This document shows positions 1 to 8,733 of a DNA stretch of 64,000 nucleotides, one piece after another. Location: assembly GCA_017461985.1 (NCBI GenBank), contig JAFTSA010000001.1, positions 301-64,300 on the forward strand, given 5' to 3'. The translations under genes and the position numbers were made by a program. Numbering within the stretch: the first letter of the stretch is position 1; each line of letters opens with the position of its first letter. The notes under the pieces are model-generated. The model did not search any database, was not told the DNA's origin, and saw only the letters and a list, made by a program, of their open reading frames with translations. Origin of the DNA: Clostridia bacterium (GTDB lineage Bacteria; Bacillota; Clostridia; Christensenellales; CAG-917).

Positions 1-1530
1 GTTTTCAAGGATAACGAAGCGAATTATTATTACGGCGGCGAAAGATTTTGGTCTGATCAGTTAAGCGGCGGTGCTATCGGATGCGACGACGGCTCAAAGC
101 TTACCGTCCGTAATTGCCAAATTATCGGCAACAAGGCAGGGGTTGGCGGAGGTATCGGCGTAAGTATATCAAACGCGGATATCGAGGACTGCTATATAAC
201 CGAAAACAAGGCGATCCCCGAAACCGAGGATAAGCGAAGCGCATTTGGACTTGCAAGCAACCAAGGTCTTGGGGGCGCGATTTATCTCAACGGCGCAACG
301 AGCGTCACGATAGGTAATACCGAAATTCGCCATAATTATGCCGAAAACGCCATGAGCGCGATCTTCACAGACTATAATCCTTCCCTTGATTACAGCACTC
401 GCTCGGTGGATTTATTGTTCTGCACGATAGCGGAAAACACCTGTAAAACGGCAATGTCCGATTGTACCGGCTACGGCGAGGATAAATGGCTATGGTTTTC
501 GTGGTATCCCGACTTCTTTGATATAAGTTATCTCAACTACTACGGAAATTTGGTGGTTGATGAGCTATATGAAACCCACAACCCGAAAAACGAACAACCC
601 ACCGAGGAAAACGGATACAACTTTTTCGGCAGCGCAGCTCCTGCACAGTGGTACAACGAGGAAGGACATCTCGTACACGCCCCTACGGTTTCCACCGATT
701 TCATCAAGGAAAAGCTTGGTGACAGAAACTATTACGGCACGTTTACGGTAGGCGCAAACAACCACGAGGTAACCTTCAGGTTCTTTATGGACGGTGTTTG
801 CAAGGAAACCGTTGTTCTTCCTTCCGGCGTGAATCCTACGAGCCCTGCCTTTGAAAAGGTCGGCTATACGCTCACCGCTTGGACGCTTACCGAGGATTTT
901 GAGTATCAGGTAGACCGTTCCTTCATCGTCGGTAACAAGACGGAAAGCGTGGACTTTCACGCAGTATTCACCCCGAATACGTACACAGTTACCTATCACT
1001 TTGGCGAGGCGACGCAAGAAGTGGAGCAAACGTATGATACCAAACTTGTACCGCCTACACCACAAGAAAGAAGCGGATATAGATTTATCGGTTGGTTTAC
1101 CCAAGAAAATGGAAAGGGGGATAAGCTTGTGGTTGGTAGCAATTACGAGACGGCAAGCGATATTACCTTCTACGCATATTATGAGAAGGAATTTCCCGAA
1201 TTCTATGTTATAATTTCTGTTGTGGGCACTGTGCTTATTATAAGCGTTGCTGTTTTGGCTGGATTTGCGATTTATAGAAGAAAGCATCCGCACATGGTAC
1301 CTGCAACCGACTCTGGAGTACCGCTTCCCGAAGAAAAAGTATTACCTGATACGAGTATGCTTTCGCAACGTGAGAAGGAAGTGTTGGATTTGCTTTTACA
1401 AGGCAAGCAAAGAAATGAAATTGCGACAACCTTGTATATTAGCGAAAACACGGTAAAGAAAAATATTTCGAGCATTTACACGAAGCTTAACGTTTCGTCA
1501 AGGAACGAACTATTTGCTCTTTTCAAGTAA
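1..1530 (+). CDS. Membrane-tethered LuxR/GerE-type regulator with a large extracytoplasmic beta-helix and Flg_new-like repeat region (5-prime end outside window)
   Basis: Frame 1 is open from nt 1 (VFKDNEANYYYGGERFW..LSGGAIGCDDGSKLTVRNCQIIGNKAGVGGGIGV..LGGAIYLNG) into the tracked ORF 352..1530. Repeats GYTLTAWTLTEDF and GYRFIGWFTQENGKG are present. A single hydrophobic span FYVIISVVGTVLIISVAVLAGFAIY is followed by RRKH. The C-terminal HTH is LSQREKEVLDLLLQGKQRNEIATTLYISENTVKKNISSIYTKLNV. Confidence 0.8.
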   Translation, partial: VFKDNEANYYYGGERFWSDQLSGGAIGCDDGSKLTVRNCQIIGNKAGVGGGIGVSISNADIEDCYITENKAIPETEDKRSAFGLASNQGLGGAIYLNGATSVTIGNTEIRHNYAENAMSAIFTDYNPSLDYSTRSVDLLFCTIAENTCKTAMSDCTGYGEDKWLWFSWYPDFFDISYLNYYGNLVVDELYETHNPKNEQPTEENGYNFFGSAAPAQWYNEEGHLVHAPTVSTDFIKEKLGDRNYYGTFTVGANNHEVTFRFFMDGVCKETVVLPSGVNPTSPAFEKVGYTLTAWTLTEDFEYQVDRSFIVGNKTESVDFHAVFTPNTYTVTYHFGEATQEVEQTYDTKLVPPTPQERSGYRFIGWFTQENGKGDKLVVGSNYETASDITFYAYYEKEFPEFYVIISVVGTVLIISVAVLAGFAIYRRKHPHMVPATDSGVPLPEEKVLPDTSMLSQREKEVLDLLLQGKQRNEIATTLYISENTVKKNISSIYTKLNVSSRNELFALFK

Positions 1531-1555
1531 AACTGAATAACTAAAAGCGAGAAAA

Positions 1556-1584
1556 GTCCGATTTTATCAATCGGGCTTTTTTTT
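1556..1584 (+). terminator. Rho-independent terminator after the LuxR-type gene
   Basis: 8-bp stem gtccgatt / aatcgggc with a 5-nt loop, followed by T8. Confidence 0.75.
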
Positions 1585-1614
1585 GCGCGTAAAATTGTTA
1601 AAAAACTGCAGGTA

Positions 1615-1712
1615 TACCCGTTTGGGTAGGGTATTTTGGTCAAAAAGTACCCGTTTTTACCCGAAAAGTACCCGAACGGGTAATATGCTACCCATAGAGT
1701 CTCGAGTATAAT
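1615..1712 (+). promoter_or_regulatory. Array of TACCCG half-sites (two palindromes plus direct copies) ending at a TATAAT -10 box
   Basis: TACCCG at 1615, 1648, 1658 and 1669, and TACCCA at 1689. Inverted GGGTA at 1624 and 1629, and CGGGTA at 1677. Palindromes TACCCGTTTGGGTA (1615-1628) and TACCCGAACGGGTA (1669-1682). TATAAT at 1707-1712 with a poor -35 (tatgct). Confidence 0.6.
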
Positions 1713-1777
1713 TTTTGTAAAATATAGGTGTGCAAAAGAAGAAGACGGCAGGCCTAATCTTGAAAGGAGGGGAAACG

Positions 1778-2101
1778 ATGCTAAAAACAATAACAAAAAA
1801 AATCATAGATAGGTCTACGGATGAGTTTTTCAAATTTGAATTTCATTGCGATAGATGCGGAGCTGGATGGGAGAGTGATACGTATTGTTTCGAGCACGGA
1901 TTTCCCGAAAAGCTTACCGAAGGTGAACAAAGAGCAAAAAATATTATGTGGAAAGTTGAGCACGATGCGGCGTTAGAGCGAGCAAATTTGGAAGCAAGGT
2001 TAAGATTCAATCAATGCAATTCCTGCGGACGAATTATTTGCGACGAATGTTTTGCGATGGATGAAGACGAGGACTTATGTATTGATTGTGCAAAACAATA
2101 A
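1778..2101 (+). CDS. Small cysteine-rich zinc-ribbon-like protein, function unknown
   Basis: ATG at 1778 lies 7 nt after GGAGGGG. CxxC pairs: CDRC, CNSC, CDEC, CIDC. The tracked ORF start at 1730 lacks an RBS. Confidence 0.65.
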   Translation: MLKTITKKIIDRSTDEFFKFEFHCDRCGAGWESDTYCFEHGFPEKLTEGEQRAKNIMWKVEHDAALERANLEARLRFNQCNSCGRIICDECFAMDEDEDLCIDCAKQ

Positions 2102-2207
2102 AACATTTTGACTTTTAATTACGGAGTTAGAAAAGAACAATACAATGAAAGAATAAAAGAACCTTAACCCCCACCACAAATTTTAATTTATTATGGAGGA
2201 AACCTAA

Positions 2208-4109
2208 ATGAAAAAGAAAATAACATTATTTATAGCAATGATTATGGCACTGACGATGGCATTTTCACTCGCCGCTTGTAATGATAACACGGGTGGTGGC
2301 GGAGGACTTCCGCCTACACTTGAACAAGTGGTAGAAAAAGTGCAGGATATGCCGGTATCGACTGAAGAAAATGCGATAGAAAACGCAATTGGCGAAGTGT
2401 TTGGTGTAGACCTTAACCTTCCCGAAGGAAGTTATAACGCGCAAGTTTATACGGTAGGCAACGTGAGTGCATACGTTGTTACCGTTTCGGGGGCAAATAC
2501 AACGGCGACTGATTATTATAACAGCATAAAAGCAGAAATGCTTGCAAAAGGTTATATCGCAGAAGATTCCGAACTTGCGTTCTATAAGGTAGCAGGAACT
2601 GTGGTTTATTCGGTAAGCGTTGAAGCCGACGGGAACGACGTCATTATTTCAATGGGCGCAGCTTCACCTACCGCAACGCCCGGTGGCGAAACACCTGGTG
2701 GAACGACTCCGGGAGGGCAGACAGGGGGAGGAACTACCACGTGGCCCGCAAGTCAGATTCAAAGCATACTTGGATATGCACTCCCTCAATATACGGGACA
2801 AGCGGAAAGCTTCGTTGTAACGCCTTATACGGAGGGCGGAGTTGTCGGCGTGAGTGTTACCATAACTGGCGCAAACGCTGATGATATTGAGGCGTATATC
2901 GGCAACGTTGGCGTTTTTCGTGATAACGGATATTCAAGCGCAGGCAGTAACGTTTGGGTTAAAAGGTTGGACAACGGAGACAATCTTGTTATTCCTACGT
3001 ATACGCAAGGTGATTACGATGAAAACTTTAGACCGACAACCTTGTTTTTTATAGCGTATATCGAATCTAATACGGGTATTTATTCAAGTTGGCCGAGTAC
3101 GGATATTACCGCTAGTTTTGCGAGCGCAGGAGTACCTTCGTATGAAGGTGGAACGTCTTATGACTTTTCAGATACGGCAAGCAGTTACAACGATTTTGCC
3201 GACACATACGAATCTATCATTCAAGCGTATCAGATTGCGCAACAATACGGCGTTGTAGACGCTGAATTGGAGGCCCAGTATCAAGAAGCACTTGAACTTA
3301 TAGAGGAAGCAGAAAAGGTCCGTTCTAGCAGAATTACCGTTTACGGAACAAACGAAACCGAAAGACAGGCGTATATAACTAAAATTTTGGCATCGCCCGA
3401 TAGAAATAACGAAGAGAATTTTGTGTTGACAGGTAGTGACGAGTATTCAAGGCTTTATACATACTACACGACGGAGTATAAAATCAGCATAACTTTAAGC
3501 GACGTGGAAGACGGCAAATTGTATATCGATTTGTTGAGAGTTCCCACCTCGCTTTTAGAGGACGACGATTTACCTGTTGCGGCAAGTGCTTATACTCTGC
3601 CTCAAAATGTTAAAATAGTTTATGACGACGGTATTTATCAGTACGTAGCGTATAAAATCGGCGATGATTATTACGTAGGTAAACAATATCTTCCCGATTC
3701 TGACCTAGGACAATATTCATCAGGGATGATCGAACAGAAGTACTATAAGAAAAACGGCAACGTTTGGGATGTGTACACAATGGATATAGGCGATAGCGAT
3801 TGGGTTAAAGATACCGATTGGCAGGAAAACGATAGAACTTATCTTGAAGAAGATGTCTTTGATTTTATCGTTTGTATAGACGACGTTGAAGAAGCGGTGG
3901 AAATTGGAACGCAAACGGTTGCGGGTAAGAATTGTACCATTTACGAATTAGATACTGGCTATTATAGATCTGTTTATTACGTAGACGAAGAAAGCAATTT
4001 AATATATAAGTCGGAATTTTATTATGATACGTCGCTGGGTATGGCTTACGAAATAACGGAATTTATTACCGCAGTGACTTCGTTTGAGGACGTTGAATTA
4101 CCGCAATAA
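2208..4109 (+). CDS. Lipoprotein of unknown function (633 aa)
   Basis: GGAGG RBS. Signal peptide with lipobox FSLAAC. Gly/Thr/Pro linker PTATPGGETPGGTTPGGQTGGGTTTW. No recognisable catalytic motif. Confidence 0.75.
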   Translation: MKKKITLFIAMIMALTMAFSLAACNDNTGGGGGLPPTLEQVVEKVQDMPVSTEENAIENAIGEVFGVDLNLPEGSYNAQVYTVGNVSAYVVTVSGANTTATDYYNSIKAEMLAKGYIAEDSELAFYKVAGTVVYSVSVEADGNDVIISMGAASPTATPGGETPGGTTPGGQTGGGTTTWPASQIQSILGYALPQYTGQAESFVVTPYTEGGVVGVSVTITGANADDIEAYIGNVGVFRDNGYSSAGSNVWVKRLDNGDNLVIPTYTQGDYDENFRPTTLFFIAYIESNTGIYSSWPSTDITASFASAGVPSYEGGTSYDFSDTASSYNDFADTYESIIQAYQIAQQYGVVDAELEAQYQEALELIEEAEKVRSSRITVYGTNETERQAYITKILASPDRNNEENFVLTGSDEYSRLYTYYTTEYKISITLSDVEDGKLYIDLLRVPTSLLEDDDLPVAASAYTLPQNVKIVYDDGIYQYVAYKIGDDYYVGKQYLPDSDLGQYSSGMIEQKYYKKNGNVWDVYTMDIGDSDWVKDTDWQENDRTYLEEDVFDFIVCIDDVEEAVEIGTQTVAGKNCTIYELDTGYYRSVYYVDEESNLIYKSEFYYDTSLGMAYEITEFITAVTSFEDVELPQ

Positions 4110-4146
4110 AGAAAAAACAAAAATAAACGGAAAGGAGAAAACGACT

Positions 4147-5007
4147 ATGGCGAACAAACTTAGAAATAATTTGACTTATGTGTTTTGTGCAGGATTGGGG
4201 CTTTTGAACTTTATATTTTTGGCGTTTAATTACATAGCGTCGTTTGCGGAATACAGTTATGGAGGATACGGCAATTATTCGCAATCCTACGGCGTGAGCG
4301 GATATAAAGTTATGGATTTGTGGGAACTCAAATTCAGTGGAGTGATGAGTTCTATTATACAGATCTTCATTCTGTTGCTTGGCATTGCTTTGCTTGTTTG
4401 GGGCGTGCTGGGGCTTTTGAAGGCCTTTGGCGTTTTTGAAAAGTTCCCCGATAAGATTGGTAAATTAGAATCGAAGAAACTGGGTGAATTTGGACTTTTC
4501 GGTTTAGCAGGCCTTAACGTATTGCTCCTTATTTTCCTTATTATCTTAACGGCAACCAACACCGAAAAGAGTGAATACGGCTCGGCAGGTATCAAATTTT
4601 CCGCAGGTATCTTCATTGCACTTATCTTTACCGTAGGCTCAGTGGTTGCACTCAAAGTTTTGGGAAAGAAACTTCCTGCAACCGACGAAGGCGGAGAAAC
4701 CGTAACCTACGTTTGCGGAAAATGTGGCAAGAAAGCGAAAGCAAAGGATAAGTTCTGCAACGAATGCGGCGGCGAAATTGAAAAGAAAGTTGTGGTAAAA
4801 GAAGAATACGCTTGTGAAAAGTGTGGCAAAAAAGCGACAGCAAAGGATAAGTTCTGCAACGAATGCGGCGGAGCTGTCGTAGTAAAGAAAGAAGAACCAA
4901 AAGAAGAACCAAAAGAAGAAACGGCAACGATTGAAGACGTTGTTCCACAAGAAGAACCAAAAGAAGAAGAAACTGCAACGATTGAAGACGTTGTTCCACA
5001 AGAATAA
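4147..5007 (+). CDS. Polytopic membrane protein with two tandem C-terminal zinc ribbons and an acidic repeat tail
   Basis: ATG 4147 after AAGGAG. About 4 hydrophobic spans. The module CGKCGKKAKAKDKFCNECGG is duplicated as CEKCGKKATAKDKFCNECGG. The tail repeat is EEPKEE(E)TATIEDVVPQE x2. Confidence 0.7.
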   Translation: MANKLRNNLTYVFCAGLGLLNFIFLAFNYIASFAEYSYGGYGNYSQSYGVSGYKVMDLWELKFSGVMSSIIQIFILLLGIALLVWGVLGLLKAFGVFEKFPDKIGKLESKKLGEFGLFGLAGLNVLLLIFLIILTATNTEKSEYGSAGIKFSAGIFIALIFTVGSVVALKVLGKKLPATDEGGETVTYVCGKCGKKAKAKDKFCNECGGEIEKKVVVKEEYACEKCGKKATAKDKFCNECGGAVVVKKEEPKEEPKEETATIEDVVPQEEPKEEETATIEDVVPQE

Positions 5008-5106
5008 CTTAATCGGGGGGATAGAAAACTTTATCCCCCTAACGTACTGTAAAGCAAAGGATAACCAAAAGATTAAAAAGAAAAATAGAAAATGGAGGTA
5101 AAACCT

Positions 5107-8100
5107 ATGAAGAAGTTTTTCTCAATCATCCTTTTAGTGCTGATGGTGTGTTCGTTCACGTTGACAGCGTGTAATAACACCGATACGCCGCATACCTGTG
5201 AAAGCGTATGTCCCGTTTGTGGAAACTGTATGGACGAAGATTGCACGGATTCGGCTTGTAGCAACAAGTGTCAGGGGCATACTCCTGCACCCGGAACGCA
5301 TACCTGTGAAAGCGTATGTCCTATTTGTGGAAACTGTATGGACGAAACGTGTACAGAAGCCGAATGTGAAGAAAAGTGCGCAGGGCACGAGCAATCGGAA
5401 ATGGCAGCGGCGCAGTTCGTTGCAAACACGGCTAACTATTTGACGGACGCAAACGAAGGTATTTCGGCGGCAGCGGCGGCTCTCGGCGGAAGTATTGAAC
5501 TTTCGTATGAAGAACCTTTCTTCCCGATGGAAATCCCGATGTCGGCAAGTGCGGCCGCCAGTTCAAGCGGTGTAAAATCACTGTCGGCAAGAAAGTATAA
5601 CGTAGGCAATTCCATCGATCTTCTTTCGGACGCGGAGGATGAAAAGGAAGAAGAAATGATGCTGTGCGCAAAATGCGGACAAGTAGAAGTTCCCGTTTCC
5701 CAAAAGTATTGCGACGCTTGCAAAGCAGCAATGGGCGGACAAACTGCTCCTAAGAATTATTCTACGGGAAGTGCTATGGAGCAATACATAATTTTCAACT
5801 CGGTAGCGAGAAAGATTCAACTTATCGTTGGCGCAACCGAGTACTATACGGAATACGATTTCCCGTTCCCGAACGAAAATGAACTTGCTCTTATCGGCAC
5901 GATTAAGTTTGAAGGCGAATTCACCAAACTTCTCAAAGAAATCGAAGATTATGAGTTAAGTGCAGACGGGTTCTACGTTATCGAAGAACCTTACTACCAA
6001 GACGGCACGTTTAATCCAGATACGGGCGAAATTGACAAAGAGTTAGGCGGACAAACGCTTATCTACAAGAAAGTACGTGGGTTTAAGCTTGAGGGCAACA
6101 CGCTCATCACTTCGTCGTATACAATTTCTTATCAATATATGGACAACAACGAAGAATTGATAAGCGAAGAAGTATACGTAGAATATACGATGGACGGCAA
6201 CAACTTCTATTATGAAAAGTACAAAATGGTAGACGGTCAAAAAGTCGTTGTCGATATGTTCGATATCATTAAAGAGGAGCCTGACGAAAATTCAGTGGGC
6301 GACGTGTATTACGTGCAAATGACCCTGAGCCAAGCAGAAATTACGGGCGTTCCCGCCGTGTACTTTGAAGAAGCGATGGATATCGCAGAGCAATGGGACA
6401 AATATGTAAACGAAAAAATGGGCACGGGATACCATGCCGAAGTTCCTACCAAGGTTTACTTAAACGGTAAAATCCACAAGATAGACCGAGACGTAATGTA
6501 CGAAATGTACTACTTCCGCGACTACGACTATGCGGCGGCAGGCTACGAAAGCTCTTGCTACGTTTATCCAATCGAAAATTGGGAAGAATTCTATGGGGAA
6601 TATTTCTATGAATATACGCGTGGAAATTCCGCACCGTTGCCCGAAAGCTGGAAAAACGGCTTCGATACCAACTTGGGCGCAAACCTTGAAGGTATGATTG
6701 AAGATTCGTTGTACGGTAAGTATGCGGAAACTCTTGTGTATAGAGCAAGCGGAAACGTTCAAATGCCAGAGGAAGGGGCAAAATATTATCCGTTCCAACT
6801 TAAAGAATCCAGCGCAACGTTAGATATCAACGATTCTTATGAAATCATTGCAAGTTCTGCGGACGACGCTGTTTGGAGCGTGAGTTCGTCCAATGAAGAA
6901 GTTGCAACCGTGAGCGGTTTAACCGTTCAAGCGGGCAGCATGGAAGGCGAAGCGATTATTACCGTGCAACGTAATAATCTCGTTAGATATTTCTACGTGC
7001 TCGTTCGCAACAGACTCGTGACCGACAATCCCGAAGAAATGACTATCCGTTTAGGAACTACGGGGCACGCATTTTTCAATGCGTATAGCAATCAAAACGA
7101 CGTGATTGTATTCTCGTCCGATAACGAAGAAATCGTTACCATCGACGAAACGGGGTGGATTACCGCGCATAAGGAAGGCGCAACGGCGGTTTGGGCGGCT
7201 ACGCAAGACGGTGAAAGATTTGAAAAGATGTTCGTTCGCGTAGTCGGCAGTGCGGATATCGTATCGTTTTATCAACCGAACGAAGGCAGCGAGGACGTAA
7301 TTTCAACGTTGCACCTTTTGGGACTGGGCAAGATTTCCGTTACTTACGATACGGTTTTGAGCTTGGACACTGAATATTATTTGCTTTTCGAGGGCTTGGA
7401 CGAGGGCGGCTCGTTCTATCAAGACACTCCGATTAACGGGCTTCCGATTTATAATCTCCTCATCAACGGACGGAGTGCGGTGGAGCATCCCGACGTGACG
7501 GTTTCGCGCGTTTACGAGGAGTACCAAAACGATACGGGCGGCACCAATTCGCATTTCCTCAATAATTACCGCAGCGTAACCTTCCATACGGCGGGAACGT
7601 ACAAGTTTGAATTTTGGTATCAACACCAAGGCGGTGAATTTGTCGAAAGAGATACCAATCAATCCTCTTATTCCAATGGCATTCCCATGAAGAACGTCGT
7701 GATTTTGGAAATCAACGTGACGGTTGGCACTCCGTATCCGTACAGATACGACGCGACCACGCACACTTACTACGTTTCCGATTACGCAGGCTTGCTTGCG
7801 TGGTACGAAGCGCAACAGCTTAACAAGAGCACGAATCTCGTGCTTGAAGCGGACATCTATATGCCGACCGTCGCGTCGGAGTTCTTGTTTGACCTTGACG
7901 GGGACGGCGTAAACGAAAGCAACTGGGGGCTTGAAACGGAGCGTTATACGGGTACAATTGACGGCAACGGTAAATATATTCGAGGCTTAACAATGAATAT
8001 CGACGAGAGCGCGAATAACGGTGCGTACGTTGCTTTTGTGTCGCAGATGTTAAGCGGTGGCGTTATAAAGAACATTAATTTTGCGGACGGTCAAATAACA

Positions 8101-8733
8101 AGCCGTTATGTCAGCGGCGTCGTCGGTAGACTTGCCGGCGGTAAAGTTATCAACTGTACCAATGCGAATACCCTTGTCGCTTGGGACGTGGCATCGGGAA
8201 TCGTACTCGATATTTGGTTCAGCGGACAAATTGTTGCTTGCGTGAATTACGGCTCGATTACCTGCGAAAACGGTGACGCTTCCGGAATCGTTTGCGGCTA
8301 TTCGGTTACCGTTGGCACTTACGCTACGGTTGTCGGTTGTATAAACTACGGTAGCGTACAGGGAAATATTGCAGGTGGTATCGTACCCCGCGGTGCGAAT
8401 TGGAAGTTGTACGGCTGCGCCGATTTCGGAACGGTGACAGGAGAAACGTCGGGGAACGTGATTGCAAAACAGTCTCGGGGCGTAGGCTTGTACGGATGCG
8501 TCTATTCGTTAGACGAAGGCTTTAAGGTGTTAGAGCGATTGACAAATGAAAAAAATGCAACCGTTTCTGATATAGGCATAATAGAAGACGCGATTGAAGA
8601 ATTAAACGCGGCGATCGAGCAATGCAACGCAACGGGTGGCATAAAATGCAAGTACCGTTACGTTCTCAACACCAATCCCACGACCTCCGAAGCGTATCCT
8701 CTTATTCTTCAAGAAGTGACGGACGCACAATAG
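5107..8733 (+). CDS. Giant surface lipoprotein with duplicated Cys-rich modules, two Big_2-like Ig domains and a C-terminal GLUG-like repeat region
   Basis: GGAGG 8 nt upstream of ATG 5107. Lipobox LTACN. HTCESVCP(V/I)CGNCMDE..C..KC.GH occurs twice. Big_2-like segments: VWSVSSSNEEVATVSGLTVQA and VFSSDNEEIVTIDETGWITAHKEG. C-terminal repeats of the type GGVIKNINFADGQI..SGVVGRLAGGKVINCTN. Confidence 0.8.
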   Translation: MKKFFSIILLVLMVCSFTLTACNNTDTPHTCESVCPVCGNCMDEDCTDSACSNKCQGHTPAPGTHTCESVCPICGNCMDETCTEAECEEKCAGHEQSEMAAAQFVANTANYLTDANEGISAAAAALGGSIELSYEEPFFPMEIPMSASAAASSSGVKSLSARKYNVGNSIDLLSDAEDEKEEEMMLCAKCGQVEVPVSQKYCDACKAAMGGQTAPKNYSTGSAMEQYIIFNSVARKIQLIVGATEYYTEYDFPFPNENELALIGTIKFEGEFTKLLKEIEDYELSADGFYVIEEPYYQDGTFNPDTGEIDKELGGQTLIYKKVRGFKLEGNTLITSSYTISYQYMDNNEELISEEVYVEYTMDGNNFYYEKYKMVDGQKVVVDMFDIIKEEPDENSVGDVYYVQMTLSQAEITGVPAVYFEEAMDIAEQWDKYVNEKMGTGYHAEVPTKVYLNGKIHKIDRDVMYEMYYFRDYDYAAAGYESSCYVYPIENWEEFYGEYFYEYTRGNSAPLPESWKNGFDTNLGANLEGMIEDSLYGKYAETLVYRASGNVQMPEEGAKYYPFQLKESSATLDINDSYEIIASSADDAVWSVSSSNEEVATVSGLTVQAGSMEGEAIITVQRNNLVRYFYVLVRNRLVTDNPEEMTIRLGTTGHAFFNAYSNQNDVIVFSSDNEEIVTIDETGWITAHKEGATAVWAATQDGERFEKMFVRVVGSADIVSFYQPNEGSEDVISTLHLLGLGKISVTYDTVLSLDTEYYLLFEGLDEGGSFYQDTPINGLPIYNLLINGRSAVEHPDVTVSRVYEEYQNDTGGTNSHFLNNYRSVTFHTAGTYKFEFWYQHQGGEFVERDTNQSSYSNGIPMKNVVILEINVTVGTPYPYRYDATTHTYYVSDYAGLLAWYEAQQLNKSTNLVLEADIYMPTVASEFLFDLDGDGVNESNWGLETERYTGTIDGNGKYIRGLTMNIDESANNGAYVAFVSQMLSGGVIKNINFADGQITSRYVSGVVGRLAGGKVINCTNANTLVAWDVASGIVLDIWFSGQIVACVNYGSITCENGDASGIVCGYSVTVGTYATVVGCINYGSVQGNIAGGIVPRGANWKLYGCADFGTVTGETSGNVIAKQSRGVGLYGCVYSLDEGFKVLERLTNEKNATVSDIGIIEDAIEELNAAIEQCNATGGIKCKYRYVLNTNPTTSEAYPLILQEVTDAQ

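Noticed and set aside
565-1293. A 242-aa minus-strand ORF inside the LuxR-type gene, and similar antisense ORFs at 35237-35836, 36736-37398, 43511-44062 and 61289-61996.
   Set aside because: Each lies antisense to a gene with clear family motifs, and none shows a motif of its own.
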